Source: Nitrospinaceae bacterium
GTDB taxonomy: Bacteria > Nitrospinota > Nitrospinia > Nitrospinales > VA-1
Assembly: GCA_046754465.1 (NCBI GenBank)
Contig: JBHHVU010000077.1
Span: forward strand, 1 to 12,074
Reading direction: 5' to 3'
Length of the DNA stretch: 12,074 nucleotides
A program made the translations under genes and the position numbers. Below the pieces are notes generated by a model. The model did not search any database and was not told the origin of the DNA. It saw only the letters and a list, made by a program, of their open reading frames with translations. Positions 7,659 to 12,074 of this stretch are shown here, piece by piece; position 1 is the first letter of the stretch, and the number at the start of each line of letters is the position of its first letter.

Positions 7659-8876
7659 TCAAATGCCGAGTTTGTGTTTCAGCTTTTGTTCCACGGCATC
7701 GATGAATTCAAAGGTGTTCAATCGGGTCGGATTGGGTGAGGTGCATAGGTTGACCAAATCCCCGGTCATTTGACCTCCCTGGATGGTTTCGATGACGGCT
7801 TCCTCCAGGGACCTTGCGAAGTTCACCACCTCGGGTGTTTGGTCCAGTTCCCCCCGTTTGGCGAGCCCGCCGGTCCACGCGAATATGGATGCCACGGAAT
7901 TGGTGGAGGTTTCCTCGCCCTTTTCGTGTTTGCGGTAATGCCGGGTCACGGTTCCGTGGGCGGCTTCATACTCATATATTCCCTCGGGCGATACCAGGAC
8001 CGATGTCATGAGTCCCAGGGAGCCGAATCCCGATGCCACCATGTCGGACATCACATCCCCGTCGTAATTCATGCAGGCCCAGAGAATTCCACCTTCGTGT
8101 TTGACGATGCGGGCGACGATGTCATCGATCAAGGTATAAAAGTAGACGATTCCGGCATCATTCATCTCCTTTTTCTTTTTGTCGGCCTCTTCCTGGAACA
8201 CGTCCCGGAACATTCCCTGGTAGGTTTTGGAGATGGTGTCCTTGGTGGAAAACCACAGATCGACCTTTTCGGAAAGGGCATAAGCGAGACAGGCCTTGGC
8301 GAAATCCCTGACGGATTTCTCGGTATTGTGGATGCCCTGGACCACTCCGCCCCCCTTGGCGAAATCGTGAATCAACTGCCTCTCTTCCTTGCCATTGCCA
8401 TGGGTGACCACCAGTTCGGCCTTGGCCCCGGCATCGGGAACCCGGATCTCCACGTTTTTGTATATATCGCCGTAGGCGTGACGTCCGATGGCAATGGGCT
8501 TTTTCCAGGACTTCACCGCCGTCGGAATGTTATTCAAAATTATGGGTTTTCTGAAAACGGTTCCCCCAATGATTCCGCGAATGGTCCCGTTGGGTGATTT
8601 CCATTGCTGTTTGAGGCCAAACTCCTCGACCCGGGCCAGATTGGGGGTGATGGTGGCGCATTTTACCCCCACCTTGTGGTTGATGATCGCATGGGCGGCA
8701 TCGACCGTGATCTGGTCATCACTCTTATCTCGTTCCATTACATGGAGGTCGTAATATTCCAATGAAATATCGAGGTATGGCAAAATAAGTTGATCCTTGA
8801 TCTTGGCCCAAATCACCCGGGTCATTTCATCCCCATCCAATTCAACCAGGGTATTTTTTACTTTGATTTTTGGCAT
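7659..8876 (-). CDS. icd: NADP-dependent isocitrate dehydrogenase, type II (eukaryote-like homodimeric family)
   Basis: [91 protein letters not shown]. Confidence 0.96.
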   Translation of the reverse strand: MPKIKVKNTLVELDGDEMTRVIWAKIKDQLILPYLDISLEYYDLHVMERDKSDDQITVDAAHAIINHKVGVKCATITPNLARVEEFGLKQQWKSPNGTIRGIIGGTVFRKPIILNNIPTAVKSWKKPIAIGRHAYGDIYKNVEIRVPDAGAKAELVVTHGNGKEERQLIHDFAKGGGVVQGIHNTEKSVRDFAKACLAYALSEKVDLWFSTKDTISKTYQGMFRDVFQEEADKKKKEMNDAGIVYFYTLIDDIVARIVKHEGGILWACMNYDGDVMSDMVASGFGSLGLMTSVLVSPEGIYEYEAAHGTVTRHYRKHEKGEETSTNSVASIFAWTGGLAKRGELDQTPEVVNFARSLEEAVIETIQGGQMTGDLVNLCTSPNPTRLNTFEFIDAVEQKLKHKLGI

Positions 8877-9007
8877 GGCTCACCTTCTCCTTTAGAAAAT
8901 CAAAATTTCAGAATGATTGAAAACTGTTTAACAGGAAGATCCCTTGCGGGAAGAGTGTCTGTAAAATATTTGAAAAATAGATGATAGGTGTAATTCGGAT
9001 TGGGGCT

Positions 9008-9036
9008 AAACTAAATTATTAGCTCCCCATTGTCAA
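9008..9036 (-). promoter_or_regulatory. Putative sigma70 promoter for the icd-mdh operon
   Basis: Minus strand perfect TTGACA (9036-9031), 17 nt, TAGTTT (9013-9008). Confidence 0.55.
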
Positions 9037-9213
9037 GGCCTTTTGAAGGCGCCGCCGTTCCCGGATTTTCAGCACCCGGGCACGGGAAGAAAGCGCCCTT
9101 TCGGACTTCATTGTAAATAATTTCGGAGTCCCGCAATTCGCCCCCCATTTTACCGGAAATCCGATATCTCCATTTTTTTCAACTTATTTCCATTTCCCGA
9201 TTCCGTCATTTGG

Positions 9214-9222
9214 TGGTATTCT
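9214..9222 (+). promoter_or_regulatory. Possible extended -10 element for glnD
   Basis: TG-G-TATTCT in an AT-rich stretch about 160 nt upstream of ATG 9382. No good -35. Confidence 0.25.
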
Positions 9223-9381
9223 TCGATATTTAAGAATGGAACAACCCGAACAGGGCGCTTCTGGGAGTAAACCTTGCCCGGCACCCCTTTTTGTTCATTG
9301 GGGCGGATAAATTTCGAGACCCAGTCATTACCTCCGGTTTAGCCCCACAACCCCAGCAACCTTTGAAGGTATTTTGCCTCG

Positions 9382-12074
9382 ATGAATCCCGCGGACGGTC
9401 AATACAGGTTCGGCATCGATTTCAGCCCGGTCCGGGAAATTCCCGAAAACCCCCGGGACCGTTCCTCCTATTTCTCCGCCTATAAAGCTCTCATCAAACA
9501 GGAACAGGGGAAAATCCGCGCCTGGCACCGGGGGGGCGTGGGTGGACGCGAGGTGATCCAGGCCCATACCGCCCTGATGGATGAGATCATCCGTCATCTG
9601 ACCGTTTCCCTTGCTTCCCTGAAACATTATGCCGACGCTAACGTGCTGGGGGAATTCGCCTTGGCGGCGGTGGGCGGATACGGCCGCGGAGAGCTCAACC
9701 CCTGTTCCGACATCGACTTGTTGTTTCTCCGGCCCTCGAGAATCCGCAAAATCACCGACGAGTTCATTCAGGATCTGATTTCCATATTCTGGGGAATCGG
9801 ACTCGAAATCGGTCACAGTTGCCGCAGTGTCAAGGAATGCCTTCTACTCGCCAGGGAAGACCTGACCATCAAAACCTCCATGATCGAGACACGGTTTTTG
9901 ATCGGCAACCAAGACAAGTACGAGAAATTCTGCGATTCCTTTCAACGCAGCGTCCTCAAGAAAAGCATCCAGTCGTTCCTGAACATCAAATTGAAGGAAA
10001 AGCAGAACCGTCACTGCAGGGAGGGCGGGGTGGTCTGCATTCAGGAACCCAACATCAAGGAGGGACCCGGCGGCCTGCGGGATTACCATACCGCGCTGTG
10101 GGCCGCAGCGGCGCGCTTTGGCTGCCATTCCCTGCACGAGATCGGCCGCAACGATGTGATCTCCGACCAGGAAGTGGACGCCCTTTACGAATCCGTCAAT
10201 TTCGTCCTGCGCGTGCGCAATGAAATGCATTACATCAAGGATAAAAAAGCCGACGTGCTGAGTCTCGACCTGCAAAAAGACCTGGCCCTCAACCTGGGAT
10301 ACCCGGCGGAAAACGATGTCATCCGCGTCGAAAAGTTCATGCACGATTATTTTCTCCACGCCATGAACATCTTCAATTTCTCCAAAACCGTCTTCGACCT
10401 TTGCCTGCATTCCAGCCGCTCCTTCAAAACGGTCCTGTCCTCGCTGACCCAAAAATCGTTGGGAAACGGGTTTATCGCCAAGGACCATACCCTGGCGGTG
10501 GAAGGAGACGTGGAAGATCTGTTTCCCAGGAATAAAACCCTCCTCCTGGAACTGTTCTACCTTTGCCGCAAACACGGCCTGGAACCGAACCATCAACTCA
10601 AAAGGCAGATCCGCCGTCACGTTCATCTCATCGATGAAGCATTCCTTCAGGGAAACGAGGTGAAAGAGTTCCTGTTTGCCACCCTGCGCGATTCCGCCTC
10701 CGAAAGGATCCTCCGTCAGATGCATGAAATGGGGGTTCTGAACCGGATTCTCCCGGAATTTGGCCGGTCCCACTGCATGGTCAGCTACGACTTTTACCAT
10801 CGTTATACCGCCGACGAACATTCATTGCGAATGGTGCGGTTCCTGGAAGACCTTGCCACCCATGAGGGATCCGATTTGGGAGAACTGGCGGAAATTTATG
10901 CGTCTTTATCCGCCAAGCCCCTCCTCAAATTCGCCGCGTTGCTGCAAACCATCGGCAAGAACCACGGGTCCGATCCCTCCAGTGAAATGACCGGGTTGCT
11001 GGCTCCCATCGGTGAGCGGATGGGATTGAGTTCCTCGGAAAGGGATACGCTGGACTTTCTGATCCGAAACCAGAACGAAATGATCGAAACCGCCCTGCAC
11101 AAGGATATGCACCAGCCCACGGTGATCGAGGAATTCGGCCGGCTGGCAGCCAACCGGGAACGCCTCGACCTCCTGTACCTTTTCAGTTACGCCGACCTGA
11201 GAGCCGTCGCCCCGGGAACCTGGACTTCCTGGAAAAAGGTGTTGTTGTCCGAATTATACCACCGCACCCGGCAGTACCTGGAACGGCCCGATTCGTTGAA
11301 TGAACAACCCCAGGCCACACGCGACGAAGTGTACCGCACCCTGCACTGGGAATGCCCCGCCAGCGAGATCGAACGGCACCTGAACCAATTGCCCGAGGAT
11401 TACTTGTTGTCCGCCAGTCCCGGGGAAGTCGCCCTGCACATCCGTCTCATCCGGTCTCTCAAGGGCAAATCGTTTATATTGCACCACGAGTTCAACGAGG
11501 CGGGGAGTTACCATCACCTGATCCTGTGCTGCCAGGCGAAGTTGGAAGCCTTTAAAAAACTGGTTGGGACCCTTACCGCGAAAAACATGAATATCCTGGG
11601 CGCGCAGATTTATCTGAAAAAAGACGGGATTGTGATCATTTCCATCCAAGTGGAAGAGACCCAGAGACTCGGACCCGACAACCTGGAAATCTGGAAGGAG
11701 GTCAAACAAATTCTCGGTGATGTGCTGGAAGGACGGAAAAGTTTGAGGACCCTGCTGGCCTCCCGGGGTCATTTCACCCAAAAGAAAGGGGCTCCGAGAG
11801 CCATCGTTCCGAAAATCCAGATCGATAACACCTCTTTCAAAAACTTTACCGTAATCCGTATCGAGGCCCGCGACCACCTGGGCTTGCTGTACAAGATCGC
11901 CAGGACCTTCGCCGATTTCAACATCCGGGTGCACCGCGCAAAAATTTCCACCCAGGGCGACCGGGGGATCGACGTATTTTACGTGACCCTGAGAGACCGC
12001 AAGGTAACGTTTCAAAAATTGATCCGGCGCATCAAGGAAAAAACAATCCACGTCCTCCTGACCGAGAACCTCGG
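9382..12074 (+). CDS. glnD: GlnD-family [protein-PII] uridylyltransferase with degenerate HD domain and atypical ACT1; 3' end outside window
   Basis: Manually translated open frame from ATG 9382 (in-frame TGA at 9364-9366) to the window end, 897 codons with no stop. NT motif AVGGYGRGELNPCSDIDLL (9667-9723), GHSCR, EPNIKEGPGGLRD, PEFG...FYHRYTADEH, ADLRA...WTSWK, ACT2 DHLGLLY...AKISTQGDRGIDVFYV. Confidence 0.93.
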   Translation, partial: MNPADGQYRFGIDFSPVREIPENPRDRSSYFSAYKALIKQEQGKIRAWHRGGVGGREVIQAHTALMDEIIRHLTVSLASLKHYADANVLGEFALAAVGGYGRGELNPCSDIDLLFLRPSRIRKITDEFIQDLISIFWGIGLEIGHSCRSVKECLLLAREDLTIKTSMIETRFLIGNQDKYEKFCDSFQRSVLKKSIQSFLNIKLKEKQNRHCREGGVVCIQEPNIKEGPGGLRDYHTALWAAAARFGCHSLHEIGRNDVISDQEVDALYESVNFVLRVRNEMHYIKDKKADVLSLDLQKDLALNLGYPAENDVIRVEKFMHDYFLHAMNIFNFSKTVFDLCLHSSRSFKTVLSSLTQKSLGNGFIAKDHTLAVEGDVEDLFPRNKTLLLELFYLCRKHGLEPNHQLKRQIRRHVHLIDEAFLQGNEVKEFLFATLRDSASERILRQMHEMGVLNRILPEFGRSHCMVSYDFYHRYTADEHSLRMVRFLEDLATHEGSDLGELAEIYASLSAKPLLKFAALLQTIGKNHGSDPSSEMTGLLAPIGERMGLSSSERDTLDFLIRNQNEMIETALHKDMHQPTVIEEFGRLAANRERLDLLYLFSYADLRAVAPGTWTSWKKVLLSELYHRTRQYLERPDSLNEQPQATRDEVYRTLHWECPASEIERHLNQLPEDYLLSASPGEVALHIRLIRSLKGKSFILHHEFNEAGSYHHLILCCQAKLEAFKKLVGTLTAKNMNILGAQIYLKKDGIVIISIQVEETQRLGPDNLEIWKEVKQILGDVLEGRKSLRTLLASRGHFTQKKGAPRAIVPKIQIDNTSFKNFTVIRIEARDHLGLLYKIARTFADFNIRVHRAKISTQGDRGIDVFYVTLRDRKVTFQKLIRRIKEKTIHVLLTENL

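Noticed and set aside
4157..8597. Plus-strand ORFs opposite phnE, TPR, mdh and icd (4157-4822, 4826-5662, 5699-6364, 6765-7280, 7770-8597)
   Set aside because: Antisense shadows of well-supported minus-strand genes.
9279..9294. CGGCAC...TTGT as a sigma54 -24/-12 promoter for glnD
   Set aside because: Does not satisfy GG-N10-GC spacing or sequence.
9328..12051. ORF-track entries in the last 2.7 kb (9328-9816, 9844-10821, 11254-12051 and others)
   Set aside because: All are shadows of the unlisted plus-strand glnD frame starting at 9382.
9382..12074. glnD as a pseudogene, or as an unusually Cys-rich protein
   Set aside because: The frame is uninterrupted for 897 codons with intact NT motifs. 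The 13 Cys (~1.4%) are scattered with no CxxC motif.

Overview
GC-rich bacterial chromosomal segment, mostly core genome, with no transposase, integrase, CRISPR array or complete tRNA/rRNA gene visible. Gene order: hemY/hemG-type FAD porphyrinogen oxidase (+), FIST-domain protein (+), a Y-shaped REP-like repeat, a stand-alone Cys-less Nfu N-terminal domain protein (+), an arm-less RNase Z-like MBL hydrolase (+), then on the minus strand an orphan PhnE-like permease with an extra Ig-like insert, a signal-peptide TPR protein, mdh and a type II NADP-dependent icd. After a ~500 bp divergent intergenic region comes a >=897 aa GlnD-family gene (+) that the ORF track missed because it runs off the window. 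The main finding is in this GlnD. Its nucleotidyltransferase motifs are intact, but the HD (uridylyl-removing) site is degenerate (HD->QT, two further His lost) and the first ACT domain has lost its signature. It is a candidate 'write-only', differently regulated GlnD placed divergently from the icd-mdh (2-oxoglutarate) operon. All calls come from manual motif recognition; no database searches were run.
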